Shown here one piece after another: positions 20,406 to 30,159 of a DNA stretch of 60,439 nucleotides (within the stretch, counting starts at the first letter, position 1; every line of letters starts with the position of its first letter). Source of the stretch: Candidatus Palauibacter denitrificans (lineage in GTDB: Bacteria; Gemmatimonadota; Gemmatimonadetes; Palauibacterales; Palauibacteraceae); NCBI GenBank assembly GCA_009841015.1, contig VXMQ01000105.1, positions 1 to 60,439 of the forward strand, given 5' to 3'. Under the pieces are notes generated by a model. That model was given only the letters and a program-made list of their open reading frames with translations. It had not been told where the DNA came from and ran no database searches. Made by a program: the position numbers and the translations under genes.

Positions 20406-21695
20406 ATGTACTATCGGATCGAGGGTGGAAACGAGCTGAGCGGCGTGTTCACGCCGGTCGGCAACAAGAACGCCGCCCTTCCGGTCCTCGCCGCCACGCT
20501 CCTTGCGCGCGAGCCGGTGCGGATCGAGAACGTCCCGCGTATCACCGATGTGGAGACGCTGCTCGACCTTCTCCGCAGTCTCGGCGTCGAGGGTGGCTGG
20601 ACGGCGCCGGGCGTGCTCGAACTCGACGCGGCGGGCGTGACTCCGCGGGCGATCCCCGATGCGGACCTGGCCGGCCGGATCCGCGGATCGGTGCTGCTCG
20701 CCGGCCCCATGCTCGCCCGGATAGGGTCGTGCCAGCTCCCGCACCCCGGAGGCGACTTCATCGGGCGCCGCCGCCTGGACACCCACATGCTCGCGCTGCA
20801 GGCGCTCGGTGCGACAGTCCACGTCGGAGACCGCTACGTCCTCCGCGCCCCCGGTCTCCGCGGCGCTTCCGTGTTCCTCGACGAGCCGTCGGTCACGGGG
20901 ACGGAAAACGCCGTGCTCGCGGCGGTGACGGCCGCGGGCACGACGGAACTCCGCAACGCCGCCACCGAACCCCACGTGCAGGATCTGTGCCGCTTCCTCG
21001 TCATGCTCGGCGCCCGCATCGACGGCATCGGGACTTCGCGGCTCGTCATCGAGGGCGTGGAGACCCTGGGTGGCGGGACCTTCCGGATCGGGCCGGATCA
21101 CATCGAGATCGGAAGCGTGATCGGGTTGGCGGCGGCGACCGGGTCGAACCTTCGGATCGCCGGAGTGGACCCGGCCCACTTCGATCCCCTGCGCGTGGGA
21201 TTCCGACGCCTCGGACTCGAATTCGCGTGGCGCGATGACCAGCTCCTCGTGCGCGGCGGGGGAGAGCTCCAGATCCAGCCCGACCTTGGCGGCCAGATTC
21301 CGAAGATCGACGACGGGCCCTGGCCGGCGTTCCCCGCGGACCTGATCAGCATCGCGCTGGTGGCCGCGACCCAGTGCTGCGGCACCGTCCTCATCCACGA
21401 GAAGATGTTCGAGTCGCGGATGTTCTTCGTCGACAAGGTGATCGCCATGGGCGCCCGCATCGTCCTCTGCGATCCGCACCGGGCTGTCGTCGTGGGACCT
21501 TCGCCGCTGCGCGGGGCCACTCTCGAGAGCCCCGACATCCGGGCCGGGATGGCGCTCCTCATCGCGGCGCTGGCCGCGGAAGGCGGGAGTCGCGTATACA
21601 ACATCGGACAGATCGAGCGTGGCTACGAGCGCATCCATGAACGCCTTGCGTCGTTGGGGGCCCGCATCGAACGCGTGGCGCCGGAAGGCGCATGA
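20406..21695 (+). CDS. murA: UDP-N-acetylglucosamine 1-carboxyvinyltransferase (Asp in place of the catalytic-loop Cys)
   Basis: ORF 20406..21695. GNKNAALPVLAATLLA; loop LPHPGGDFIGRRRLDTH aligns with E. coli LPGGCTIGARPVDLH; C-terminal IERGYERIHERLASLGA. Confidence 0.95.
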   Translation: MYYRIEGGNELSGVFTPVGNKNAALPVLAATLLAREPVRIENVPRITDVETLLDLLRSLGVEGGWTAPGVLELDAAGVTPRAIPDADLAGRIRGSVLLAGPMLARIGSCQLPHPGGDFIGRRRLDTHMLALQALGATVHVGDRYVLRAPGLRGASVFLDEPSVTGTENAVLAAVTAAGTTELRNAATEPHVQDLCRFLVMLGARIDGIGTSRLVIEGVETLGGGTFRIGPDHIEIGSVIGLAAATGSNLRIAGVDPAHFDPLRVGFRRLGLEFAWRDDQLLVRGGGELQIQPDLGGQIPKIDDGPWPAFPADLISIALVAATQCCGTVLIHEKMFESRMFFVDKVIAMGARIVLCDPHRAVVVGPSPLRGATLESPDIRAGMALLIAALAAEGGSRVYNIGQIERGYERIHERLASLGARIERVAPEGA

Positions 21696-22453
21696 CGGAG
21701 GTCGCGGAGATCTCCGGGGGCGGCATGCTGCGGCTGTCGCGGTGGGAGTCGCTCGACCCGAACATCGTGTGCGGGATCACGACGGCAAAGCGCGGAGATC
21801 TCGCGGTTGCGGGGGCCTCCCGGGAGCGCGTGGCCTCGGTCTACGCGGACCTGGGCCGGGAACTCGGCTTCCGCCGGGTCTCGGTGCCGACACAGGTCCA
21901 CGGGACGGATCTCAGGGAGATCGGAGCGTCGCCCGTCCCGGGCTCGGGAGGCTGCACGGTCCACCGGGCGGGCCGCGTGGACGGCCAGCTCGCGGACGGG
22001 TCCGGTTGGTTGCTGGCCGCGACGGCCGCGGATTGCGTACCCGTCTATCTGTGGTCGCGCGAGCTCGGGCGCATCGGGCTGATTCACGCCGGATGGCGCG
22101 GGGCCGCGGGGGGCATCCTGCCACGCGCGATCCGTCGTCTCGTTCGCGGTTTCGACCACGACTCCCGCGGCTCCGCCGGGGATCTCCGTGTCCATATGGG
22201 GCCCGCGATTTGCGGGCGCTGTTACGAGGTCGACACCCCCGTGCTCTCCGCCTTCGGCCTCGCCGGCACGCGCGCGCAACTCGACTTGAGGGACATCCTC
22301 GGCGCCCAGGCCGCGGCGGCCGGCGTCGCACCCACCGCGCTTACAAGCTCCCGTTTCTGCACATCATGCGGTCCCGGCGACCTTCATTCACACCGCGCGA
22401 GCGGCGGCAAGGCGGGACGGATGGCCGCCTTCCTGGGGCTGCGGAGCGACTGA
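21692..22453 (+). CDS. pgeF: peptidoglycan editing factor PgeF / YfiH (DUF152 laccase-domain protein)
   Basis: ORF 21692..22453. Motifs: ATAADCVPVYL, IHAGWRGAAGG, CGRCYEV, CTSC..FHSHR. ATGA overlap with the murA stop. Confidence 0.85.
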   Translation: MTEVAEISGGGMLRLSRWESLDPNIVCGITTAKRGDLAVAGASRERVASVYADLGRELGFRRVSVPTQVHGTDLREIGASPVPGSGGCTVHRAGRVDGQLADGSGWLLAATAADCVPVYLWSRELGRIGLIHAGWRGAAGGILPRAIRRLVRGFDHDSRGSAGDLRVHMGPAICGRCYEVDTPVLSAFGLAGTRAQLDLRDILGAQAAAAGVAPTALTSSRFCTSCGPGDLHSHRASGGKAGRMAAFLGLRSD

Positions 22454-22557
22454 AGCCGCGGGTGCCGGTTGTTGCAGCGCGTCGGACCCCGCCGTATGTT
22501 CCGGGTCGCATGTTCACATACGTCCGCGCGGGTCGGCGGGCGATGGCGTTACTCGAA

Positions 22558-22590
22558 GTGGGGAAGCTGTACGGGCCCCACTTTTTTTTG
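22558..22590 (+). terminator. intrinsic terminator-like hairpin + T9 between pgeF and rimP
   Basis: GTGGGG-aagctgtacggg-CCCCAC followed directly by TTTTTTTTT (22582..22590). This is the longest T run seen in the window. A second small hairpin GGCGAA-ccgga-TTCGCC follows at 22598..22614. Confidence 0.55.
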
Positions 22591-22626
22591 CAGTAGGGCG
22601 AACCGGATTCGCCGAAAGGGTCGGTC

Positions 22627-23118
22627 ATGCTGGACTCGGCGGACATCGAACGCGCGGTCGAAGCCCTCGGCTACGAGGTCGTGCAGATGGAGCGGGGCGG
22701 AGGCCGTCGCCGGCCGTTGCTCCGACTGCGGATCGATCGGCCGGGTTTGTCGAGCGCGCGGTCGGGCGTGACCGTAGACGACTGCGTCGCGGTAACGAGG
22801 GAACTGCGTGGTGCACTTGAAGATGTGGCGACCGATGACTGGGTGCTCGAAGTATCGTCGCCGGGAGTGGACCGGCCGCTGGTGAAGGCTGCGGACTATG
22901 AGCGTTTCACCGGGTCGCGGATTCGCGTTCGCGGCTACGGTCCGCTGGCCGACCGAGGCCGAAAACTGGAAGGCACGCTGCTCGGGATGGTGGACGGCCT
23001 TCCCGGGACGTTTGCGCTGGAGATCGAAGGGGATCGCGTGGAGGTCCCGCTGGAGCTCGTGGCCTCCGCCCGCCTGGTCTACGACTGGGACGCGGTCGGA
23101 GGCGTGGGTGGGAGATAG
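22627..23118 (+). CDS. rimP: ribosome maturation factor RimP
   Basis: ORF 22627..23118. EVSSPGVDRPL motif; position upstream of nusA. Confidence 0.85.
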   Translation: MLDSADIERAVEALGYEVVQMERGGGRRRPLLRLRIDRPGLSSARSGVTVDDCVAVTRELRGALEDVATDDWVLEVSSPGVDRPLVKAADYERFTGSRIRVRGYGPLADRGRKLEGTLLGMVDGLPGTFALEIEGDRVEVPLELVASARLVYDWDAVGGVGGR

Positions 23119-23127
23119 AGAGAGGCA

Positions 23128-24588
23128 ATGAGCGATCAGATCCCGATCGTTGAGGCGTTCCGCATGATGGCGGCGAACAAGTCGCTGACGGAGCTGGAGC
23201 TGCATGATCTCATCCGCGACGGGATCCATGCGGCGCTCGCCCGTCGTTTCGGCGGTCCGGTCGAAGCGGAAATCGACGTCACCGATGGAGGTGACATCTC
23301 GATCGTCGTCCTCAAGGAAGTGGTCGAGGAAGTCGAGGATCCGGCTCGGGAAGTGACCCTCGAACAGGCTCGCTGGGATGATCCCGACTTCCAGGTCGGC
23401 GACCTCATGGAAATCCCGGTCGACTTCAGGGATTTCGGACGCAGCGCGGTCATGGCCGCCAAGCAGAGGATCATTCAGCGCATCCGGGAGGGAGAACGCG
23501 ACCGGATTCGCATGGAGTTCAACGACAGGGTCGGGGACCTCGTTTCGGGCGAGGTGCAGGCGAGCGAGCGCGGCAAACTCGTCGTCATGCTGAATCGGTC
23601 GCGCGAAGCCGAGGCGATCATCCCGTGGCGGGAACAGAATCCACGGGAACGCTTCCGCCAGGGCGAGCCGATCCGGGCCGTGCTGAAGCTGCTGGAGGAG
23701 ACGCCGCGCGGTCCGCGACTGATCCTGTCGCGGGCGGACCCCCAGTTCGTCGCTTCGCTGTTCGCGCTCGAGGTGCCCGAGATCTACCAGAGTATCGTGG
23801 ACATCAAGGAGATCGTCCGCGAAGCGGGTGGGCGCACCAAGGTGGCCGTTGCGTCCCGGGATGAGTCCGTCGATCCGGTCGGAGCCTGCGTCGGCCTGAA
23901 GGGGTCGCGCGTCCAGGCCGTCGTGTCGGAGTTGAGCGGAGAACGGATCGACATCGTCCCGTGGCACCCGGACCCCGAGATCTTCGCCCGCCGAGCCTTG
24001 GCTCCGGCCAGGGTCGCCAAGGTGATCTCGGACCGGGAGCGGCACGTCATAACGGCGATCGTGGACGAGGACCAGCTGTCGCTGGCGATCGGACGAAACG
24101 GGCAGAATGTGCGGTTGGCGTCACAGCTCATCGGATGGCAGATCGACCTGTATTCCAGCCGTGACTGGATGGAGCGCGGCGGAGAGGCCGGCCTGTTCGG
24201 AGGCGATGATGAGTACGAGATGTCCGACTTTCCGCTCTCCGAGCTCGAGGGGATCGCCCCCGCGACGCTTGCGGCGCTCGAAGCCGCCGGGATCGGCAGC
24301 TTCTATGGACTCCTCGATATGGATCGGAGCGATTTCCTCCAGGTTCCCGGGATCGGGCCGGACGAAGCGGATACGCTGGAAGCGCTCATCGACGAACTGA
24401 CCGTCGTGGACGAGGCGCAGTCGGAGGGCGCCGTGGCTGCGAAGGCGGCTGCCGAAGCGCCCGCGGAGGAGGCGGCCGGGGATGCGCCGTCGGAGGCAGT
24501 GCCATCGGAGGAAACGCCATCGGAGGTAGCGCCTGCGGAGGCGGCCGACGCGCTGAGCACGGCGGCCTCGGGCGAGGGGACCGCCTGA
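23128..24588 (+). CDS. nusA: transcription termination/antitermination factor NusA
   Basis: ORF 23128..24588. S1 (GDLVSGEVQ), KH1/KH2 (GACVGLKGSRVQAV, AIGRNGQNVRLASQL), an HhH region, and an acidic Ala/Glu/Pro tail. Confidence 0.95.
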   Translation: MSDQIPIVEAFRMMAANKSLTELELHDLIRDGIHAALARRFGGPVEAEIDVTDGGDISIVVLKEVVEEVEDPAREVTLEQARWDDPDFQVGDLMEIPVDFRDFGRSAVMAAKQRIIQRIREGERDRIRMEFNDRVGDLVSGEVQASERGKLVVMLNRSREAEAIIPWREQNPRERFRQGEPIRAVLKLLEETPRGPRLILSRADPQFVASLFALEVPEIYQSIVDIKEIVREAGGRTKVAVASRDESVDPVGACVGLKGSRVQAVVSELSGERIDIVPWHPDPEIFARRALAPARVAKVISDRERHVITAIVDEDQLSLAIGRNGQNVRLASQLIGWQIDLYSSRDWMERGGEAGLFGGDDEYEMSDFPLSELEGIAPATLAALEAAGIGSFYGLLDMDRSDFLQVPGIGPDEADTLEALIDELTVVDEAQSEGAVAAKAAAEAPAEEAAGDAPSEAVPSEETPSEVAPAEAADALSTAASGEGTA

Positions 24589-24950
24589 AGCGCGGCGGCG
24601 GGACGCTGAGCCTGCTCGGAATCGCGACGCGCGCGGGGCGGGTCGCGCTCGGAACCCGGGCCGTGGACATCGCGGCGCGCAGGGGAAGGCTCGCCCTGCT
24701 CGTGGTCGCGGGCGACGCATCGCGGCACGCGGTGAGCCGCCTCACGCCACAGGCGCGACGGGCTTCGCGTGTAACGGTGGCGAGTCGCCGGGCGCTCGGA
24801 CGGGCGCTCGGACGGAACGATGTGGCCGTCGTCGGCGTCACGGATTCGGCGCTGGCGCAGCGGATTCTCGAAGGGGAGCGCACGCCCTCGCGGCGTGACG
24901 AAAGCTCCGGGTTGCAGGGAGACCCGGAAGGGCAGGTGCCTGGACAATGA
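24585..24950 (+). CDS. L7Ae/YlxQ-family RNA-binding protein; start proposed at CTG 24585 (canonical-start alternative GTG 24663)
   Basis: ORF track gives 24663..24950. The same frame upstream reads ..TLSLLGIATRAGRVALGTRAV.., which matches the conserved YlxQ N-terminus (LLGLANRARKVVSGE..), then RLALLVVAGDAS .. ALGRALGRNDVAVVGVTD. There is no ATG/GTG/TTG in frame between 24213 and 24662. The stop overlaps the infB ATG (ATGA). Confidence 0.6.
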   Translation: MKRGGGTLSLLGIATRAGRVALGTRAVDIAARRGRLALLVVAGDASRHAVSRLTPQARRASRVTVASRRALGRALGRNDVAVVGVTDSALAQRILEGERTPSRRDESSGLQGDPEGQVPGQ

Positions 24951-27652
24951 AGCGTGTCTTCGAGGTCGCAGAGGAACTGAGACTCGACACGAGTCACCTC
25001 ATCCAGTTGCTGCGGGAGATGGACGTGCCCGTGCGGAGCCACATGTCGAGCGTGGACTCGGCGAGTGTGGCGCGTCTGCACGCGCGGCTCGAACGCGAAC
25101 GGAGGGGTGAGGCGGTCACCGGCACCGCGGCCCCCGTGCGGCGGCGCCGTCGCCGGCGAAGGGCCGCTCCCGCGTCGCTTGCGACGGCCACTCCGGATGT
25201 CGAAGCCGAAGAAGGGATCGCACCTTCGGCCGAGGCGGCGGAAGACGATCCCGCGGTCGCAGAGGTGCCCGAAGTCGCCCCCGTCGAGGCCGAGATCGAA
25301 GCCGAGATCGAGGTCGAGTCCGAGCCCGAGGCGGGAGCCGAGGTGCCACGGGCCGAGGCTGAATTCGAGCCCGAGGCCGAAGCCGCCCAGGAGCCTGCGG
25401 AGGCGCCGGAAGACCCCGCGCGAGAGGCGGACGAACCGGCGGAGCCGGAGGCGAGCGTCGAGGTCGCGGAGCCGACGGAACCGGATGTCGCCGAGCCCGA
25501 AGCGGAACCCGCGGAGGCGGAGGCGGATGCGTCGTCCGCTCCGACCCGCCCCGCGCGTCGGCCCAAGCCGGTCCGGCGGGACATGCCGTCGCCCGCCTCT
25601 TCACCTGCGCCCTCGGGTCCGAGGGCCTCGGCGGGCCCCGGCGGCAAGGTGCGAATCTCGGCCGAAGGTTACACGGTCGATGGCCGCAAGAAGTCTCGCG
25701 GCGGGGATGGAAAGAAGCGGCGGCGCGTGGATCGAAACGCGGTCCAGCAGAATTTCCGCAAGACCCTGGCCGCGATGGGACAATCCTCGCCGCGAAAGCG
25801 GCGTCGCGAGACGCAGCAACAGCAGCGCGAGGCGGAACGCGAGCAGCGCGAACTCGAACAGCGCACGGAGAAGGCGACGGTCCGCGTCAACGAGTTCCTC
25901 ACCGTGTCGGAGCTCGCCGATCTGATCGAGGTCCCGCCCCAGGCCATCATCACCTCGGCGTTCAAGAACCTCGGCCTGATGGTGACGATCAATCAGCGGC
26001 TCGACTTCGGTCAGATCGAACTCATCTGCGAGGAGGCCGGCTTCACCGCGATCCGCGAGGAGGGGTTCGAGGCGGACCTCTCAAGCGACGACGAGGACCT
26101 GCCCGAGGACGACAGCGAGCTGGTGCCCCGGCCGCCGATCGTAACCGTGATGGGCCACGTCGACCATGGGAAGACCTCGCTGCTCGACCGTATCCGGAGC
26201 ACGAACGTGATCGCGGGAGAGGCGGGGGGCATCACGCAGCACATCGGCGCCTATCACGTCCTGCTCTCGGAGGGCCGGACGATCACCTTCCTCGACACGC
26301 CCGGCCACGAGGCGTTCACGGCGATGCGCGCCCGCGGCGCGGAGGTCACGGACATCGTCATCCTCGTCGTGGCGGCCGACGACTCCGTGATGCCGCAGAC
26401 GATCGAAGCGATCAGCCACGCCCGGAACGCGTCGGTGCCCATGGTCGTCGCGGTGAACAAGGTCGACCTCCCGTCGGCGGATGTGGATCGGGTCAAGAGG
26501 GAACTCCTCGCGCGCGAGGTGGTCCTGGAGGACTTCGGCGGCGAGATCCTCGGTGCGGATGTCTCGGCGAAGACGGGCGAGGGGTTGGACGATCTTCTCG
26601 AGAAGGTCCTGCTCCAGGCGGAGATTCTCGAACTGAAGGCGAACCCGGAGCGAGAAGCCCGGGGGACGGTCGTCGAGGCGCAGCTGGACCGCGGCATGGG
26701 TCCGGTAGCGACCGTGCTCGTGGAACGGGGGACGCTGGAAGTCGGCGCCGATTTCGTCTGCGGACTTCACGGCGGACGCGTCCGGGCGCTCCTCGATGAG
26801 CGCGGCCGGAAGGTCACGAGCGCCGGTCCCGGGATCCCCGTGCGGGTGCTCGGGATCGAGGGGGTGCCGCAGGCGGGCGACTCCCTCGTCGTCCTCTCCG
26901 CCGCGCGGGTCCGCGAGATCGTCTCGCGGCGCCAGCAACTGGAGCGCGAGAAGGACATCCGCCGCCGGGCGACCGGAACGCGGCTCGAGGATGTCTTTGC
27001 CGCGGTCAAGGCGGGGGAGGGCGCGCGTCTGAACGTCGTCATCAAGGGCGATACGGATGGGTCGGTCCAGGCGCTCTCCGACAGCCTCGAGCGGCTGTCG
27101 ACCGACGAGGTCTCGGTCGAGGTCATCCACCGAGCGGTGGGGGGCATCAACGAGTCCGACATTCTTCTGGCCTCTACTTCGGAGGCGATCATCGTCGGCT
27201 TCCATGTCCGACCGGACGCCGGTGCGGCGGCCGCCGCGGAACGCGAGTCGATCGAGATTCGGATCTACAACGTGATCTACGAAGCGGTGGAGGAGATCCG
27301 TCTCGCGCTCGAAGGTCTGCTCGCGCCCGAGCAGCGTGAGATCACGGTCGGAATGGCCGAGATCCGCGAACTCTTCCGCGTCCCGAAGGCCGGGACGATT
27401 GCGGGCTGCTACGTCCAGACCGGCACCATGCGGCGCAACCTCCCGATCCGCCTCCTCCGCGACCAGATCCAGATCTACCAGGGCCGGATCGACAGCCTGA
27501 GGCGGTTCAAGGAGGATGTGCGCCAGGTCAGAGACGGGTACGAGTGCGGCATCTCCATCGAGAACTACAACGATATCAAGGTCGGCGATGTGATCGAGTG
27601 CTACGAGGTGGTGGAGGTCGCGCGCACCCTCTCCGGAGCACCGGCGGGCTGA
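24947..27652 (+). CDS. infB: translation initiation factor IF-2
   Basis: ORF 24947..27652. IF2_N ([24 protein letters not shown]), an acidic/Pro-rich linker, and a G domain ([28 protein letters not shown]). Confidence 0.97.
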   Translation: MKRVFEVAEELRLDTSHLIQLLREMDVPVRSHMSSVDSASVARLHARLERERRGEAVTGTAAPVRRRRRRRRAAPASLATATPDVEAEEGIAPSAEAAEDDPAVAEVPEVAPVEAEIEAEIEVESEPEAGAEVPRAEAEFEPEAEAAQEPAEAPEDPAREADEPAEPEASVEVAEPTEPDVAEPEAEPAEAEADASSAPTRPARRPKPVRRDMPSPASSPAPSGPRASAGPGGKVRISAEGYTVDGRKKSRGGDGKKRRRVDRNAVQQNFRKTLAAMGQSSPRKRRRETQQQQREAEREQRELEQRTEKATVRVNEFLTVSELADLIEVPPQAIITSAFKNLGLMVTINQRLDFGQIELICEEAGFTAIREEGFEADLSSDDEDLPEDDSELVPRPPIVTVMGHVDHGKTSLLDRIRSTNVIAGEAGGITQHIGAYHVLLSEGRTITFLDTPGHEAFTAMRARGAEVTDIVILVVAADDSVMPQTIEAISHARNASVPMVVAVNKVDLPSADVDRVKRELLAREVVLEDFGGEILGADVSAKTGEGLDDLLEKVLLQAEILELKANPEREARGTVVEAQLDRGMGPVATVLVERGTLEVGADFVCGLHGGRVRALLDERGRKVTSAGPGIPVRVLGIEGVPQAGDSLVVLSAARVREIVSRRQQLEREKDIRRRATGTRLEDVFAAVKAGEGARLNVVIKGDTDGSVQALSDSLERLSTDEVSVEVIHRAVGGINESDILLASTSEAIIVGFHVRPDAGAAAAAERESIEIRIYNVIYEAVEEIRLALEGLLAPEQREITVGMAEIRELFRVPKAGTIAGCYVQTGTMRRNLPIRLLRDQIQIYQGRIDSLRRFKEDVRQVRDGYECGISIENYNDIKVGDVIECYEVVEVARTLSGAPAG

Positions 27653-27668
27653 CCTTCCGCGGGGCGTT

Positions 27669-27953
27669 ATGGCCGTCATCGGGGTGCGCCGCTGGGTATT
27701 TCACCTCCCGGGCTGCCGGTCGCTCAAGGCGAAGCGTTCGGTCGTCCGCGGCCTGCGCGAGCGCACGATCGTGAAGTTCCGGGTTTCCGCCGCCGAGACC
27801 GGCCTCCGCGACCGGGCCGCGATGGCCGAGATCACGGTCTGCGTCGCATCGGGCGAACGTCGGCATGCGGAATCGGTTCTCGGACGCGTCGACCTCTTTC
27901 TGAGATCCGACCCGAGGGCGCACGTCATCGAGTCGGAGACCGAGTTCCTGTGA
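27669..27953 (+). CDS. DUF503 (YlxP-like) protein
   Basis: ORF 27669..27953. 94 aa, HLPGCRSLKAKRSVV motif, conserved position between infB and rbfA. Confidence 0.75.
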   Translation: MAVIGVRRWVFHLPGCRSLKAKRSVVRGLRERTIVKFRVSAAETGLRDRAAMAEITVCVASGERRHAESVLGRVDLFLRSDPRAHVIESETEFL

Positions 27954-27981
27954 AGGCCAGCCGACCGGCGCGGGGGAGTGG

Positions 27982-28338
27982 GTGACGCACCGTCACCGGA
28001 GCGAACGGCTGGGCGAACTGTTTCGGCGCGAACTCACGCGCCTCCTGCTCGGATCGCTCAAGGATCCGCGACTCGACGGAGTGACGGTGACCGACGTGCG
28101 GGCGACCCGCGATCTCTCCTTCGCCACCGTCTACATTCGCTCCGACGGGGATGTGTCGGAGGGAATCGAGGGGCTGGAACACGCGGCGGGGTTCATACGG
28201 CGCGAACTCGGCCGGTCGCTCCGGCTGCGGAAGATCCCGGAGTTCCGCTTCCTGCCCGACGAAACGCCCGAGCACGCCAGCCGGATCGAGGAACTGCTGC
28301 GCCGGGCTCGAGAGGACGCGGGGCCGCGTGACGACTGA
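27982..28338 (+). CDS. rbfA: ribosome-binding factor A
   Basis: ORF 27982..28338 (GTG). RSERLGELFRRELTRLL..LKDPRL..VTVTDVRATRDLSFATVY. Confidence 0.9.
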   Translation: MTHRHRSERLGELFRRELTRLLLGSLKDPRLDGVTVTDVRATRDLSFATVYIRSDGDVSEGIEGLEHAAGFIRRELGRSLRLRKIPEFRFLPDETPEHASRIEELLRRAREDAGPRDD

Positions 28339-29242
28339 CGCCGGCCTGCTCCTCATCGACAAGCCGGCGGGAGCGACGTCGCACGACATCGTCCTTCGGA
28401 TACGGCGAAGGCTGGGGGTGCGCCGGATCGGCCACACGGGCACGCTCGATCCCTTCGCGACAGGGCTCCTGCTGTCGCTCGTCGGGTCGTTCACGCGGCT
28501 CGCCGACCTCTACCACGGACTCCTGAAGTCCTACGATGCGACGATGGCGCTGGGGCGGGAAACGGACACGGACGATCTGACGGGGAGGACCGTATCGGAA
28601 GATGCCGGTTGGCGGGAGCTTGACCGCGAGGCGATCCGGGCTTCCTTCGCGGCCCGCGAGGGCGTCGGACGCCAGGTGCCCTCGTCCTACTCGGCGCGCC
28701 GCACCGGCGGCGAGCGCGCCTATGCGCTGGCCCGCCGCGGGGAACGTCCCGAACTGGAGGCACGCGAGGTGACCATCCACGAGATCGCGGTCACGGACAT
28801 CGATCTACCCCGGGTCCGCTTCCGCGCTAGCGTTTCCACGGGCACGTACATACGCGCGCTGGCCCGTGACATCGGGCGAGACCTCGGACCCGGGGCGCAC
28901 CTTACCGCGCTGCGCCGCACGGCGATCGGTCCCTTCGCGGTAGACGAGGCAACCTCTCCCGACGTGGTGGAGGCAGCCGTGGCCGAGGCGTCCACCGCCT
29001 GGCGCCCCGGGATGGCCGCGCTGCCGTGGGTATGGCGGCGCGAACTGAACGATGGAGAGCGGAACGAGATCCGGCACGGAAGGTCGGTCGAGCGCGGAGA
29101 CGTGTTGCGGCCGTCCGGGAGCGCGCCTGATTCGAGCGAGGGCTCAACCAACCCGGTCGCGCTGTACGCCTCGGACGAGCTCTTCGCCATCGCCGAGGCG
29201 CGCGACGGCCGCCTCTACCCGAAGAAGGTGTTTGCCGCGTGA
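28328..29242 (+). CDS. truB: tRNA pseudouridine(55) synthase
   Basis: C-terminal 304 codons of ORF 28151..29242, from VTTDAGLLLIDKPAGATSHD. Catalytic GHTGTLDPFATGLL. 11-nt overlap with rbfA. Confidence 0.92.
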   Translation: MTTDAGLLLIDKPAGATSHDIVLRIRRRLGVRRIGHTGTLDPFATGLLLSLVGSFTRLADLYHGLLKSYDATMALGRETDTDDLTGRTVSEDAGWRELDREAIRASFAAREGVGRQVPSSYSARRTGGERAYALARRGERPELEAREVTIHEIAVTDIDLPRVRFRASVSTGTYIRALARDIGRDLGPGAHLTALRRTAIGPFAVDEATSPDVVEAAVAEASTAWRPGMAALPWVWRRELNDGERNEIRHGRSVERGDVLRPSGSAPDSSEGSTNPVALYASDELFAIAEARDGRLYPKKVFAA

Positions 29243-30159
29243 GCGGGCTCCCCCCGCACGTCCGGGGCACCGTCGTCACCATGGGGACCTTCGATGGCGT
29301 CCACCTGGGGCACCAGGCGATCCTGCGTGACGTTCGGCGGCGCGCGCGCTCGCGAAACGGTCACTCGGCGCTCCTGACCTTCGACCCGCACCCCCTGAGC
29401 GTCGTGCGCCCCGAAGTCGCCCCCGCCCTCCTCACGCTGCCGGACGAGAAGAAGGAAATCCTCGCCCAACTCGGGCTCGACTTCGCCGCGTTCGTCTCCT
29501 TCACGCTCGAGTTCTCCCGCTACTCCCCCGAACAGTTCGTGGAGGATCTCATCGTCCCCCGCTTCCGCCCGGCAGAGATCGTCGTCGGGTACGACCACGG
29601 GTTCGGGCGCGGCCGCGCCGGAGACGTCTCCGTGCTTGAACGGTTGGGCGGAGCCCACGGGTTCGAGGTCTCGGTCGTCGGCGGCGTCGAAACGGACGGG
29701 TCGACGATCTCGTCCACACGGGTGCGCGGGGCGGTGGCGTCGGGCGACATGGAGGGCGCGGCCGCGGGCCTCGGTCGCCCGTACTCGTTTCGCGGGACCG
29801 TGATCCGTGGGCTGGGACGGGGCAGGACGCTCGGTTTTCCGACCGCCAACCTCACGCCGCCGCCTCCCGACAAACTCCTTCCGGCGGAAGGCATCTACGC
29901 GGTGCGCGCCACGCTCGGTGCCGAGCGCGTCGATGGACTGCTGCACCTCGGGCCCAGACCGACCTTTGCGGGCTCCTCGCCGGCCATCGAACTCTTCCTC
30001 ATCGATTTCGAGCGTGACATCTACGGAGAGCATGTGATCGTCGATGTCCTCCACCGGCTGCGCGAGGTGCGCGCGTACGAGTCGGGAGACGATCTCGCCG
30101 CGCAGATGCGCCGGGACCTCGCGGACGGCCTCGAGTACTTCAGGGAGACGGGCAGATGA
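29239..30159 (+). CDS. ribF: bifunctional riboflavin kinase / FMN adenylyltransferase
   Basis: ORF 29239..30159. Motifs: TMGTFDGVHLGHQ, GRTLGFPTANL, ELFLIDFERDIYGE. GTGA overlap with the truB stop. Confidence 0.92.
   Translation: MSGLPPHVRGTVVTMGTFDGVHLGHQAILRDVRRRARSRNGHSALLTFDPHPLSVVRPEVAPALLTLPDEKKEILAQLGLDFAAFVSFTLEFSRYSPEQFVEDLIVPRFRPAEIVVGYDHGFGRGRAGDVSVLERLGGAHGFEVSVVGGVETDGSTISSTRVRGAVASGDMEGAAAGLGRPYSFRGTVIRGLGRGRTLGFPTANLTPPPPDKLLPAEGIYAVRATLGAERVDGLLHLGPRPTFAGSSPAIELFLIDFERDIYGEHVIVDVLHRLREVRAYESGDDLAAQMRRDLADGLEYFRETGR

Noticed and set aside
24213-24584. The open alternative frame overlapping the last 375 nt of nusA, considered as an overlapping gene or an N-terminal extension of the L7Ae-like protein.
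   Set aside because: The translation is Arg/Gly-rich and shows no similarity to the L7Ae fold until about 24600. The openness is explained by GC content.
25190-25560. Repetitive DNA/protein in the IF-2 N-terminal linker ([11 protein letters not shown].., PE/AE-rich) and the acidic NusA tail (24420-24585).
   Set aside because: Low-complexity linkers of variable length are normal for IF-2 and NusA. The repeats are in frame and coding.
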